DNA of 64,000 nucleotides from Eledone cirrhosa (GCA_964016885.1 OZ024745.1:128588001-128652000); one strand, 5' to 3'. Positions 40,022-54,844 are shown, counted from the stretch's first letter. Notes: generated from the sequence alone by a model not told the origin. Made by a program: numbers and translations.

Positions 40022-41994
40022 ACACACACACGCATCTATATACCTACATGTATATTAAGAGGTGTGAATAAAATAGATGGAGGAGAAGAAGAAAACTAGG
40101 TCTAGGTGATAAGACAAGGGAAAGGGTGGTAAAATAAAGGTAAGAAGTTGGGCGAGGCAAAATAAACCCTAACTGAATCACAAGCACTGAATAACCTCTC
40201 ACACACATCAACAGAAATCATCATTCTCACAGCAGAGCTTTTCTGATTGCTTGAAGAGGGCACAAAAAATGTGTGCAATACTTAGTCTCCTAGCAACCTT
40301 GAAAATACGGGTAACACAAACAGTGTGCATGGGTATTTATATAAGCTTGTGTGTGTGTGAATGTAATGACATACACTGTACCCACATTTATATAGCAAGC
40401 TGTGTGTCTGTGTGTGTGTGAGAGAGAGAGAGAACAACTTTGACTCCTCTATAAAATGAAATATATTTATCTAGACAGGGGAGTAGACCTTGTCATTCCT
40501 TTTCTTTATTTTTGTTATTTAATCTTTTTTCCCTTTCTTCCTGTTTATCATAGGAAATATTTATGGAATAACTTTCCCCAATTTATCTCCCTACAAAATG
40601 GAAAAAAAAAAAAACATTTTACAAGTTCATAATCTCCAGACAACCTGCAGAGTACCATAAAACCAGAAGGCCTTAGAGGTCACTAAAATTGGTAGTTGAA
40701 TCAGCCAAATCAGTTTGGTTATGACTTTCTTGGAAGCCACAGAAATGGGTAACTAAACCAGTAGAATCACTAGGTTGCATTATAAGTTTTATGTCCTGCT
40801 GTTATGTATGCTTCAGTGGGGTACTACTGCTGTTAAAAACCCAAAGAGAATTATATATCTGCCCATACAGATTAAAACTATGTGTAATACAGAACTACCA
40901 ACCCACATACAACCTCCTGCACTGTTGTAAGTTTGACCAAGTAGACTGAAACTGCTCTGTAACAACATATAACACACTATTCAGAATAGATAAATACATA
41001 TAATAAAGAGGATGATGAATTCTATTATTGACTCAAAGCCCAATATTTTGGAGGAGGGTGTATAATCAATTATACCAAACCCAGTATTTGACTAAGTGGC
41101 GGATTGGCAGAGTCGTTAGAATATTAGAAAGACTACTTTGTGGTATTCATTCTGATTCTCTGCTCCCTGAGTTCAAATCCCGCCGAGGTCAACTTTGCCT
41201 TTCATCCATTTGGGGTTGTTAAAAAAAGTACCAGTCTAGTACTGGGGTTGATTATTCCTCTATATCTCTTTCTCACTTCCTTTCTCTCACACTATCTTTC
41301 CTTCTCTGGAAGAAATCAACTGTATTCAGACCTGGAGATATGGGCTCTGCTAGGTTTTAAAATGCCCTAGAATGACTGCATGTCAATATGGCGTCCCAAC
41401 GACTCACCTGAGAGTTACAAGACCATGCATGCCGTATTTGACTGGAACTTTATTTTTATTAACCCAGAAAGAATGAAAGATGAACCAACTTAAGACTTTG
41501 AACTCTCAACATACAGGAACATAACTAAATGCTACAAGATATTTTTCTGTCGCTCTACCGATTCTACCATCAATATTACTTAATGATATTAACCCAAGGC
41601 AACACATTTTGTAGGTAGGTGTATAATCGATTAAACTGGCCCCTTGAACTTAACTTCTAATTATTTACTAATGAATAAGGAAAAAGTATAGTTGAGATGT
41701 ATGTAAACAATGTGAAGAGAACACAGTTATGTAAATTGCTCAGTATATGGCTGGTAGTCCCTGGACGAGCGTGCAGTTAGACTAAGAATATTATTATTTT
41801 ATTGTGTCATCACTGCATTACCGAGCACAGTTCTTTGTACCTTGGATATGTGCAGTGTAGATTTTTTTTGGTGTTGTAGTTTCTATTGTATTGTGAGTCT
41901 TCTTCATAATAATTATCCAGTGTATGGTAGTGTTATTATTTGTATGCAGCATATATAAGTACGTCGGAATATTTTAATTTAAATTGGAAATATT

Positions 41995-42275
41995 TAACTC
42001 ATTAGTATTTACATTACTCTATATTTATTATTATATTTTCACAGTAAAGGCTTTATCTTACATAATATCGAATCTATGAGATTTTGATGTTTATGTTGAG
42101 AACAATACCTTAATGTCAGTATGAGTGGCTGGTTCCAGCCAGTTTGAACAGAAAGAGATGAGAGAATTTTACTATGATATAGCCAGTTTAAATGCTAAAG
42201 GGTTAATTAAAATGGGTGACTTTATTTCATAGAACCAGAGCTGGTTTTGGCTGGGTTGGTAACAAAAGTGTTAAA
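41995..42275. mobile_element. MITE family 1 adjacent to part of a family 2 MITE
   Basis: The family 1 copy ends AATGCTAAAGGG|TTAA at ~42205 and is followed by the family 2 end tttatttcatagaaccagag...gggttggtaac. Confidence 0.7.
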
Positions 42276-43183
42276 ACATCAGATATAATGCTTTGTGGTC
42301 TTTATTCTGGCCCTTTGCACTCTAGGGTTCAAATCCCACCAAAGTAAACTTTGCTTAAAATAACAGTCTAAGGTGAAGGATCGACAGAACTGTTAACGTT
42401 TTTACAAGAGGCATACTCCTCACAACATCTTATTTCTTCTACGAAAGAAATATTTCCAATACACTTGGTGAGATGCCCCCACTCCAGTTTTGAGCAAACA
42501 ACAACATTATTATATTAATTAAATAACAAAAACAGCAATAACGTCGACTGAGACAATAATCCACTTAGTAAGGTGGATAATTCTAGATTATAATTGTAAT
42601 TTGCACAGCTTCCCCAAGCTTATAAAACTGGTCACTCACTTCTATACCACCACCAACACTTCCCAAACCACCACAACTAGCACCACTAACACTACCACAA
42701 CCCTCACCACTACTACCACCACCAATTCCAAAACTACCACTACCACCACTTCCGACACAGCCACCACCACTACCACTACCCCCAACACTACAACCACCAC
42801 TACCACTATCACCACTACTACCACCACCACCACCTCCAACACTACCACCACCAACACCTCCAATACCACTACCCCCTCCACCCCCAACACTACCAGCACT
42901 ATTTGTGCCATGATTTCTCAGTAATCAACAAGCAGACATTAGAGATTGATGCAGTTTTAGCCACCAAACATACCCACCCCAAGGGCAGGTTAATATGTTT
43001 ACATGCATGATGAGTATGTGTGGGTGGGTGTACACCAGTCCAATAATAGAACATCCACCCCACCACCATAGCTACCTTTTCACCAATGCACACATATATA
43101 TAGTCTGCTTGTATGTTTAGACTTCAACAACTGGGTCAGCACTTACAGTATGTATTATATACACTGGTTGTCATATACACACA

Positions 43184-43340
<157 letters not shown>

Positions 43341-43854
43341 TTTTCGCATCAGACCATTACTAGAAATGTTTGTATGACCGAATGTGTAAGTAATTATACA
43401 TACATACATAATGCATACACACACATAATACACACACACACATACACATACATACATATCATCATCATCATCATATAGATATACATGTATGCCTTACTGA
43501 TGTCAATGCTGGGTTGGTGATTTATAGGCATAAAAATAACAACACACATATCTACTGATGGAGTGACTATGAATCTAGCAGAGTTGTATTTATATGTATT
43601 TTGGTTGACTGGTATTCAAGTTTTATCAAAGCTAACAACTAATTCAGCAACATGCTTTATATATATATATAAACAAAGTGGGTGTGGTAAGATACGAGGT
43701 GGACCATAACGCGCCAGAGTACTCAATACTTAGGGTAGTAGAGTGGGTAATAGGAAAAGAGTCAGGACCCCGATGGCAGCTCCAACCATTTCGACAGCTA
43801 GAAACAGCCGGAGCTCAGCCATCGGGGTCCTGACTCTTTATATATATATAACAG

Positions 43855-44072
43855 ACAAAGTGGTTGTGGAGGTGCCACGGCAAAAAAGCACCCAGCACTC
43901 ACTGTAAATGAGGTTGGTGTTAGGAAGGGCATCCAGCTGTAGAAATCAAGCCAGAATCAGTTCCCGTATGAGCAAGACAAGGTCAGCTGGCCAGACACTG
44001 CCCACAACAGGACAACCCGTCTAACCCATGCTAGCGTGGAAGAACGGATGTAAAACAGTGATGATGATGATG
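43855..44072 (+). mobile_element. RTE LINE family A / SINE B 3' tail
   Basis: Near-identical to the reverse complement of 14585-14850. Confidence 0.8.
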
Positions 44073-44109
44073 AACAGAGTGAAGCAGTTCTAGTCTTGTA
44101 GAAGTCATT

Positions 44110-44143
<34 letters not shown>

Positions 44144-44168
44144 TACAGAGAGAGAGAGAGAGAGAGAA

Positions 44169-44210
<42 letters not shown>

Positions 44211-44626
44211 CGACTGATGGGCTCATGGGAACAACAAATGATCATCATTATTCAATCAACTGAATAAAGTACTCATTGAATTACAATGTGGCTGAGTATT
44301 CCAAATATAGGGGTTCACTTAACATAGTTCTCAGCTGGAATCGACAGAAAAATTTTTGACATGGCTGCACCTCTTTCTACGGAATTCCATCAATAGAATT
44401 TCGCTATTTATATATATTTATACGCATTTATACACACTCACACACACACACACATATATATATTTATTTATACACACACGCTCACACATTTATATATATC
44501 CCATTATGCATCCAGACATAGAAACCAAGCCAAAATGGAGCTTATAAACAGCATCTGGTCTGCTGACCAGAGTAGCCTCAGCACACGACTCATCTAACAC
44601 ATATAAGTATGGTAAATAGACATTAA

Positions 44627-44838
44627 CCCTTTCATGACAGTATTCCTAATGAAATAACCTCTATTTTAATTAATTAACAAAGAATTTATTTTAATTAATG
44701 AAGAAATTATTTTATTATTTGATTACTAAGATAGTAAATTAATGTTGGAAGATTTTAATTTAAATTGGAAACCTTTGAAATGGGTGGTTTTATTTCACAG
44801 AACCAGAGTTGGTTTTGGCTGGGTTGGTAAGTAAAGGG
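44627..44838 (-). mobile_element. piggyBac-type MITE family 2
   Basis: TTAA|CCCTTTC...GTAAAGGG|TTAA. Confidence 0.75.
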
Positions 44839-45066
44839 TTAAGCAGTGGGAGTCAAAATAAATGCTGCAAAATCATGTTGCCCAATGCTTTAACGACATA
44901 GCCAATCCACTGAATAATGATAATGGTTTCTAATTTAGGCACTTTTGCAGGGTAGGAGAAGTCAAATCAACTCCAGTACTTGATTGAAAGCATGAAAGGC
45001 CGTAGCTAAATAGCATAAAGCATTTTGCCTGATCCTTTATTGGTTCCGTCAAGACACAGCCCTTAA

Positions 45067-45288
45067 CACTTTAGCATTTAAACCGGCCATATCCGGCCAG
45101 ATTTCTCTCACCTCTTTCTGTTCAAACCAGCTGTAACAGGTTACTCATACTGATGTTACGGTATTGTTCTCAAATAAATAATATCAAAATCTCACAGATT
45201 CGATATTATGCGAGATAATTATATAAGGTAAAGCCTTTACAATGAAAATATAATAGTATATATATAGAGTAACGTAAATGGTAAAGGG
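45067..45288 (-). mobile_element. piggyBac-type MITE family 1
   Basis: TTAA|CACTTTAGCATTTA...TAAAGGG|TTAA. Confidence 0.85.
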
Positions 45289-46234
45289 TTAATGAAAATA
45301 AGCATGATGATCATGATTTCAAACATCAGCACACATTTCAGAAAAGAGGTACACTCATTTAAATTAACCCTCTTGCCCTAGTACTTTAGTGGTTCTCAAT
45401 TTATAATCCCTTGGAGAGGAGTGAGACATGAAGTCGACCCTAGTGAAAAGAGATTTGAAGAGCCAACAATAATTACAGCAACAGCAACAACAAGGAGAAA
45501 AAAACAGAAGAAAAATTTATTGAATACAGACAAGGGAATAGTATTGCTTGATTGAGGAACATGGACACCATAGATTGTGGAAGGTCTGCGGAATAATTCT
45601 CACCAGAGCCTTGACTAAGTGTGAACTCAAACACTAGCTTTTTATTAGTTCACATGAAATGCATGGAGGCTATTCATAGAACTGGGGCTTTCATGCACAT
45701 GTGTAGATCTCTACAGATATAATTATATTTGCATAAAGTGCATGTGCATATGTGTGTCTGTGCATATGTGTCTGTGTGTGTGTGTGTGTGTGTGTGTCTG
45801 ACGTACAGGATTAACACTGAAGTTGAAACACAGCTACAGGCAAACTACATAGCACAGAATTGTCTACATACATATCTACATACATACACATACATACACA
45901 TACACACACTAACTCTTTTACTTGTTTCAGACATTATATGTTTGTGTATCTATGTATGTATATATTTATGTATGTGAGACTGAGAGGGGGAGAGAGAGAG
46001 GGGGGGAGAGAGATAGAGAGAGAGAGAGAAAGAGAGGGGGGGGGGGGGGGGGGGTAGAACGAGCACAAATCCATGCATGCATAGGTTTACAAAACCAACA
46101 CACACGTAACCTTTATAGGAAGGAGAAGCAGAGAGAGAAAGAGAAAGGAATGAGAGGGGACAGAGAAAGAAAATGAGTTGGAAGGAGGACATTATGCAGA
46201 CATGAAGTGGAAGAGGGACCTCAGTGACATCACA

Positions 46235-46625
46235 ATCCCTACTACCATCACCACCATCATCATCTCTACCACCACCATCACCATCATCACTTCTACCAAC
46301 ACCACCATCATCACCTCTACCACCACCATCATCACCTCTACCACCACCACCACCATCATCATCACCTCTACCACCACCATCATCACTTCTACCACCATCA
46401 CCATCATCACTTCTACCACTACCACTACCATCATCACTTCTACCACCACCACCACCACCATCATCACCTCTACCACCACCACCACCACCATCACCTCTAC
46501 CACTACCACCATCACCACCATCACCTCTACCACCACCACCACCCCCACTGCCATCATCACAATCCTCCCTTCTACAATCCTTATCCCCATCACTACGACC
46601 ACCATCACCACCATCATCATCAGTC
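46235..46625. repeat. (CAC/CAT)n-based minisatellite (catcacctctaccacc units)
   Basis: Directly visible. Confidence 0.9.
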
Positions 46626-46724
46626 ACAGCTTCATCTCTCTCTCTCTCTCTCTGCATCAGTTTGGATGAGATATAACAAGACAGCAAGTTAATGTATAAT
46701 CCACAGAAATACCACAAACTTCTG

Positions 46725-46795
<71 letters not shown>

Positions 46796-47101
46796 AAGTA
46801 TGACTAAAACTGCATACATAAGTGCATGCAGCCATATATATATATGTGTGTGAGTGTGTTACAAGTATGACTAAAACTGCATACATAATTGTATGCAGTC
46901 ATATATATATATATACACACACACACATATATACACGTGTGTGTGTATCTCTGTGTGTGTGTGTGTGTAAATACATATATACACACAAATATACACATAT
47001 ATAATGTGTGGATTGCATTTTGTATGTGATGTAATATGCAGATGTGATTTTAAAATACATGTGTAGATACGCATACATAGATAGATATAACACCCACATC
47101 A

Positions 47102-48050
47102 ACATCCACACATTGTGGCTACATGGTCGTTAAAATGTGTGTGTTTCAGTGTGTTTATGTAAACACATCCACACACAACATTGTGGCTACATGGCTGTTA
47201 AAATGTGTGTTTCAGTGTGTTTGTGTAAACACATCCACACAACATTGTGGCTACATGGTCGTTAAAATGTGTTTCAGTGTGTTTGTGTAAACACATCCAC
47301 ACAACATTGTGGCTACATGGCTGTTAAAATGTGTGTTTCAGTGTGTTTGTGTAAACACATCCACACAACATTGTGGCTACATGGTCGTTAAAATGTGTTT
47401 CAGTGTGTTTGTGTAAACACATCCACACAACATTGTGGCTACATGGCTGTTAAAATGTGTGTGTTTCAGTGTGTTTGTGTAAACACATCCACACAACATT
47501 GTGGCTACATGGTCGTTAAAATGTGTTTCAGTGTGTTTGTGTAAACACATCCACACAACATTGTGGCTACATGGCTGTTAAAATATGTGTTTCAGTGTGT
47601 TTGTGTAAACACATCCACACAACATTGTGGCTACATGGTCGTTAAAATGTGTTTCAGTGTGTTTGTGTAAACACATCCACACACAACATTGTGGCTACAT
47701 GGCTGTTAAAATGTGTTTCAGTGTGTTTGTGTAAACAGATCCACACACAACATTGTGGCTACATGGCCGTTAAAATGTGTTTCAGTGTGTTTGTGTAAAC
47801 ACATCCACACACAACATTGTGGCTACATGGCTGTTAAAATGTGTTTCAGTGTGTTTGTGTAAACACATCCACACACAACATTGTGGCTACATGGCTGTTA
47901 AAATGTGTTTCAGTGTGTTTGTGTAAACACATCCACACACAACATTGTGGCTACATGGCCGTTAAAATGTGTTTCAGTGTGTTTGTGTAAACACATCCAC
48001 ACACAACATTGTGGCTACATGGTCGTTAATATGTGTGTTTGTGTAAACAC
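47102..48050. repeat. Minisatellite, 15 units of ~62-68 bp
   Basis: Unit acatccacacaacattgtggctacatgg(tc/ct/cc)gttaaaatgtgtttcagtgtgtttgtgtaaac. Confidence 0.95.
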
Positions 48051-48219
48051 AACTGCAATTTATTCAAGAAATATATGAACTTTGTGTATATATGTGTATA
48101 TATATATATGTGTATATGTATGTGTGTATATATGTGTATATGTATTTGGATGTCTACAATTAATTTCGAGAATTTTGTTAAATAATTACATTCTTATTAT
48201 TTCGAATTTCTGTTTCAAT

Positions 48220-48780
48220 GCACACTCATGTATGTATATAAATACATGTACAACACTCATGTATGTATATAAATGCATGTACAACACTCATGTATGTATA
48301 TAAATACATGTACAGCTACATGGCTACATGTAAGAATATAAATGCATGTACAACACTCATGTATGTATATAAATGCATGTGCAGCTACATGTATGTATAT
48401 AAATGCATGTGAAGCTACATGTATGTATATAAATACATGTACAGCTACATGTATGTATATAATGCAAGTACAACACTCATGGATGTATGTAAATACATGT
48501 ACATCTTATGTATGTATATAAATGCATGTGCAGCTACATTTATGTATATATACATGTACAGCTACATGTATGTATATAAATACATGTACAGCTACATGTA
48601 TGTATATAAATACATCTACAGCTACATGTATGAATGTACAGCTACATATAAATACATGTACAGCTACATATAAATGCATGTACAACACTCATGTATGTAC
48701 AACTTTATGTATGTATATAAATGCATGTGCAGCTACATGAATGTGTATAAATGCTTGTAGAACTACATGTGTGTGTAAAA
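48220..48780. repeat. Degenerate ~30-bp minisatellite (atgtatgtatataaatacatgtacagctac)
   Basis: Directly visible. Confidence 0.85.
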
Positions 48781-49648
48781 ATATATGTGCAGCTAAATAT
48801 ATGTATATATATATGTGTGTGTGTGTGCAGCTACATATATGTGTATAAATATAAGTGCAGTTATATAAGTGCAGTTATATGTGCACCTACATGCATGTTA
48901 ATGTCTGAGAAAATAGAAAGCTGTCTGCTTGTGTATTTGCTGAATATGTAATGGTTATGTAATGCAGTCAATGACCACTACACTATGGTAGGAGGGAGAG
49001 GGGCAGGTGCAACACTGAAGGTGGTGGTGTCGATGGTGGTGGTAGTATTGGTGGTGGTGGTGATGGTGGTGTTGTTGATGGTGGTAGTATTGGTAGTGGT
49101 GGTGTTGATGGTGGTGGTGGTGTTTTTGTTGGTAGTGGTGGTGTTGTTGATGGAGTTGATGTTGGAGTTGATGGTGGTGGTGGTAGTATTGGTGATGGTG
49201 GTGGTAGTATTGGTGATGGTGGTGGTGGTGGTAGTAGTGGTGGTGATGTTGTTGTTGGTAGAGGTGGTGGTGTTTTTGTTGGTAGTGGTGGTGTTGTTGA
49301 TGATGGTGGTGTTGGTGGTGATGGTGGTGTTGGTGTTGTTGATGGTGGTGTTGGTGATGGTGGTGGTGTTAGTGGTGAAACTGCTGTCTTTGGTAAATAA
49401 AGAGAGGAAGGACAAGAGGCAGCCAGACAGAGCAGAGTCTAGCCACCATATCTTTCTTTAGACAGACAAGAACACACTCAGATCCACCATAAGTGGGGGG
49501 AGGGAGGGTGTGGTGTGAGGTGGGGGGTCTAGAGTTCTCTTGCTTACACTAATATACTATCAGCAGCAGCAGTAGTTAGAATCCACAAGAGGTGAAGTAG
49601 GAGTAGTAGTACTAGTAGTAGTAGCAATAGTTAGAATCTACAAGAGTG

Positions 49649-49694
<46 letters not shown>

Positions 49695-50794
49695 CAATAG
49701 TTAGAATCTACAAGAGTGGTAGTAGTAGTAGTAGTAGTAGTACTAGTAGTAGGAGTAGTTAGAATCCACAAGAGGTGAAGTAAGAGGAGGACAACATATA
49801 AGGGATATGTTGTTTACATAACTATCAATAATAGTGAAACTGCAACAGTAGTAATAGTAGTAACAGTAGTAGTAGTAGTAGTAGCAGTAGTTACAAAGGA
49901 GAAACATTAGTAAGGTCATCTTGACATTTTAAATAGTCATTGTACAGCATGTAAGTTAGTAATAATAGCAGTAGTAGTAGCAGTAGTAGTAGTAGTAAAT
50001 AGCAACAACAACACTAACATTACTACAGAACTACAACAATAGTAATGGTTTTTTTTATTTAGGCACAAGGCCAGCAATTTCGGAGGAAGGGAGAGTCGAT
50101 TAAATCGACCCCCAGCGTGTGACCGGTACTTCATTTTATCGACTCCGCAAGGATGAAAGGGGCAAAGTTAACCTCGGTCGGACATGATTTACAGCATATA
50201 GTTACGTCCCTTTACGCTCCGAGTTTAAATCTGACCAAAGTTTGCCTTTCATCCTTACTGGGTCAATAAAATAATGTACCAGTAATGCATTGGGGTTGAT
50301 TTGATCGGCTTTCCCTTCTCTCAAAATTGTTGTCCTGGTGCCTAAATCAGAAGCTATTATTATTATTATTATTATAGCAGTAGCATTTGAACACCTGACT
50401 AATTGTATATATCAGTATAAGCTTATCACACACAGTGGTGGTGAGAAACTCTCAAGAGAGCTTGACAACAGGTCTTCAGAGAAGAAACGCCCACCTCAAG
50501 CGAGTATTTCGGCCCTTATATAATATATTGGAGTTCATTCATCCATGTGTGTGCATGAGTACAAACATAAGATGTTTATAAACAACAAACTCATCAAGTC
50601 CAGTACACACAACATCTAACTACAGCAAATGTAGGCAATTGTAACAGTGGTGTGAACTTGACACATTCTCTTACAACACATTTAACCCATTCATTACCAT
50701 ATTTATAATAATAGACACTGTCTATGATTTTCAAATAATTTTGAAAATAATCCAGAATTTGGAGGGATTTATTAATGTAACTAACTTACTCATT

Positions 50795-51784
50795 ATTAAC
50801 CCTTTAGCATTTAAAAGATTAGCGTTAACCTTTTAACATTTACATTTACATCTAAACCCATGCTAGGAGCAGATAGACGTTAAACGATGATGATGATGAT
50901 GATGATGATGATGACTCTATATTTACTATTGTATTTTTGCAGTAAAGTCTTTATCTTACATAATTATCTCGCATAATATCGAATTTATGAGATTTTGCTA
51001 TTATTTATTTTTGAATAATACCTTAACATCAGTATGAGTGGCCGGTTACAGCTGGCTTGAGAGTGAGAGAATAATAGCTGGATAAGACCGATTTAAATGC
51101 TAAAGAGTTAAACTTATGTTTGGAGCAACCCTAATAGTTAAACATTAACCCTTTAACATTTACATTACTCTATATTTACTATTATATTTTCATGATAAAG
51201 GCTTTATCCCACATGATTATCTCACATAATATCGAATTTATGAGATTTTGATATTATTTATTTTGAGAACAATACCTCAACATTAGTATGACTGACCAGT
51301 TGCGGCCGGTTACAACTGGTTTGAACAGAAAGAGGTGAGAGAATTCTGGCCGGATATGGGCGGTTTAAATACTAAAGGGTTAAGATGGAAGATTTTCAAA
51401 TAACTTTTAAAATCCCAATTATATTTCACAAACAAGTTATACAATGATGGAAATATGAAAAAAAAAAGAAGATAAAAACAAAATTAAGTAATGAAAAAAG
51501 GTGGGAAGGGGTAAAGAAGGGCAGATTTGTCTGTATAGGAAGGAAAGTAGAGGAAAGAACTATCAAGAATTTGGAGGGATTTAACCATTTAGTATTTGCA
51601 TCACCCTATATATATACTATTGTATTTTTGTGGTAAAGGCTTACATAATTATCTCACATATCGAATCTATGCGATTTTGAGAATACCTTAACATCAGTAT
51701 GAGTGGCCAGTTGCAGCCGATTTGAACAGAAAGAGGTGAGAAGATTCTGGTTGGATATAAATGGTTTAAATGCTAAAGGGTTAA
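50795..51784. mobile_element. Cluster of three MITE family 1 copies (~50830-51107, 51149-51379, ~51585-51780)
   Basis: The cleanest copy is TTAA|CCCTTTAACATTTAC...AAATACTAAAGGG|TTAA (231 bp). The first copy is interrupted by a LINE tail with (GAT)n. Confidence 0.85.
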
Positions 51785-52299
51785 AGTATTTAATAATTAT
51801 TAAACTTGTGTTTGAAACAAACATAAAAGTTTCTTACATAATATTAAGATGAAAGATTTTCAGATAGTTATAAGTAATTTAAAATGAGGTTTGTATTATA
51901 GAACAAAAGGTAATTGCAGGTAGTTTGGGATTAAAAGGTTAAGAGGGAAAAATAGGAGGGTGCAGGGAGGTTTGAGAGATTCCTGTAGGTACTGAGATTG
52001 ATGGTTAACTGCAATCATGTGATCAAAAGAATCCCAGCTGTAAAGTAAGGTCTGATTTGAGGGATATTCAGCAGCTATTTCTGGCAATGAAAAGTCTCCC
52101 GCATAGGATGTGTAAATTGTCATAGTGGCATTTTGTTGCACAACAAAATTAAATGGCTGCTTTCCTCCTCACATTCCTTTATACATGGATAATTAACACA
52201 TATGTGTGTATGTATGAATGTGTGTATGTATGTGTGTACTCAGTTTTTTCTCTCCTTCTCTCTCTCATACACACAAACACACACACACATCTATATAAT

Positions 52300-52485
52300 A
52301 ATTGTTTCTACTTTTGGCACACGGCCAGTAATTACCCAGTACATTACTGGTACTTTATTTTATCGACCCCGTAAGGATGAAAGGCAAAGTTAACCTCGGC
52401 GGGATTTGAACTCAGAATGGCAAGGGCCGTAACTCTATGTGTCAAAGCATGGCGTCCGACCCTCTACCGATACTGCCACTCCACC
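52300..52485 (-). mobile_element. SINE family A
   Basis: Near-identical to 39650-39835 and the reverse complement of 28852-29040. Confidence 0.85.
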
Positions 52486-52581
52486 ACACATATTTATAAT
52501 AATAAATGTGAAAACTAAAATCCAAAGAGGGTTCAATAAAGGTGAAAGCAGCGATTCTTTGCTTAAACTTTAATCTGTTCT

Positions 52582-52647
<66 letters not shown>

Positions 52648-54139
52648 TGCGTGTTAGGAATATTCAGGGGGCTGATAGATGAGCTCTTGCCAGTACAACA
52701 GCTAGTTCCAGACTCAGCTAGTCTGGAGCTGAACTAACTGTTGAAGCAGCAAGAGCTCAGCTGTCGGGCCCCGACTCTTTCTAATATAGCCATACTCTAC
52801 TACGCCAAGTATTGAGTACTCTGTTGAGTACGTGTCTATGCTGCCATGAGTTGGACATCAGCGGTACAGCTCTCTGGGTAGGTCAGAGGGTTATAATTTG
52901 CTTGTAAATTCCAATTCCACCCACACACAAACTGGGATGACTGGCAAGAGAGGGGTCATGAGTATGTTCCAGTGCATGTGCAGTGTGGGCAAGCCAGGAG
53001 AGGTATTCTGTATATCAGTAATCCAATGTAGTGTGCGAAAGGGAGTACTGCAATGGTATAAACATGTGATACACGAGACAGATGATAGCTGTGTAAGAAG
53101 GTGTAGAGAAATTGTAATTTTTTAACCTTTCTCTCTTTTACATCATTCCTTTGGACTCTACCACACCTGATATATAATCATGACTTTATACTTATCAGTT
53201 CCTTTGATATTATACTGCCAAACCCCACCTATTGTCATTTCACCCATCGATTCATATATATTATTCCTACTTCTATAAAATAGACAGTCGAGTTAATGAC
53301 CAAAGCTTGCCTTGTGCTGGTACCACAATGGGGTTAACCCGATACACTCTAAGGGGCTTTTAGGAAGGGCTTCCTGTAGTAAAATTCCATGCAAAAATAG
53401 GAGTTCAGAGGGCTATTTAGTCTTGACACAGATGCCAAAAAACAGGCCACCTCTACAGCTGTATCAAGAGCACATCAGTCTTTCAAGTGTTGGTAATGTG
53501 ACAAAAAAGCACCAGGTACTCTCTGTAAAGTGGTTAGTGATACAAAAGGTAACAAGTCATAAAAACCTTGCCAAACAAAGTATGGAGAGGTCGCTTTATA
53601 TGTGTCAAAAACAAGATGATTTCCCTAGTGCTGGTGCCACAATAAACTGTATGGTGTATTCTGTAGAAATGTATGTAAGTTGCTGCTCCTAATGCACCAG
53701 AAAGGTCAGTAGCTCCTATTAAGTACTGACATGATTTGTGATGACTCATCCAACTCTTTCGTGCAGGGAAAACAAATGTTAAAAGATAATGATAGTGATG
53801 CTTTACAGATGCAAGTTAATTCTTAACCCTGCTTTACACATCTAATGAAGCCTAGTGGTTGGTAGCCACTACGATATCCACACAAAACCATGATAGGGAT
53901 TTCATTTTACCCCCCATTTTATAGTATACATACATCCATGTGTATGTGAGTGTGCGTGTGTGTGTGTGTGTGTGTGAAACACGAGAGAGAAAAACATGCA
54001 AGTTATTAACCCTTCTTCCATTGTCAGCAGCTAATAACAGTACTATATATATAGGTGTAACTACTACATCATTTATTTAGTACAGCTGTAAAAGCTATTC
54101 TCAATATAGAAAATCCCTTCTCTCTCTCATTGTATATAT

Positions 54140-54486
54140 ATCATCATTATCATCGTTTTACATCCGTTCCTCCACACTAGCATGGGTTAGGCTGGTTGTC
54201 CTGTTGTGGGCACTGTCCTTGTCTTGCTCATATGGGAACTGATTCTGGCTTTTGATTTCTACAGTGAGTGCTGGGTGCTTTTTTGCTGTGGCACCTCCAC
54301 GTCCATTTTGCAGTGAAATGATAGGGATTGGGGTCCCTATCATCTCATTTCTACAGCTGAGTAAACTGGAGCAATGTGAAATAAAAGTGTCTTGCTCAAG
54401 GAAACAACACATCACCCGGTCTGAGAATTGAACTCACAACCTTTTGATTGCAAGCCCAATGTTCTAACCACTAAGCCAAGCACCTT

Positions 54487-54487
<1 letters not shown>
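54140..54487 (-). mobile_element. Full-length SINE family B
   Basis: tRNA head, CORE-like domain, LINE-derived tail. Confidence 0.85.
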
Positions 54488-54533
<46 letters not shown>

Positions 54534-54742
54534 TATTATATATATATAATATATATATATTATATATATATAATATATATATATTTTATATATATATATT
54601 ATATATATATAATATATATATATAAAATATATATATATATATAATATATATATTATATATATAATATATATATTATATATATAATATATATATTATATAT
54701 ATATATAATATATATATTATATATATAATATATATATTATAT

Positions 54743-54791
<49 letters not shown>

Positions 54792-54844
54792 TAATATATA
54801 AATAATATATATAATATATATATATATATAATATATATAATATA

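Noticed and set aside
45950-46819. Gly/Asp/Arg-rich 289-aa ORF and overlapping Pro/Ser- and Thr-rich ORFs
   Set aside because: Trinucleotide-based repeat open in several frames and flanked by microsatellites; no splice or domain support.
48978-49461. Mucin-like Thr/Asn-rich ORF (similar cases at 18778-19348, 23975-24775, 42601-42924)
   Set aside because: (GGT/GAT/GTT)n low-complexity tracts typical of this genome; no evidence of coding.
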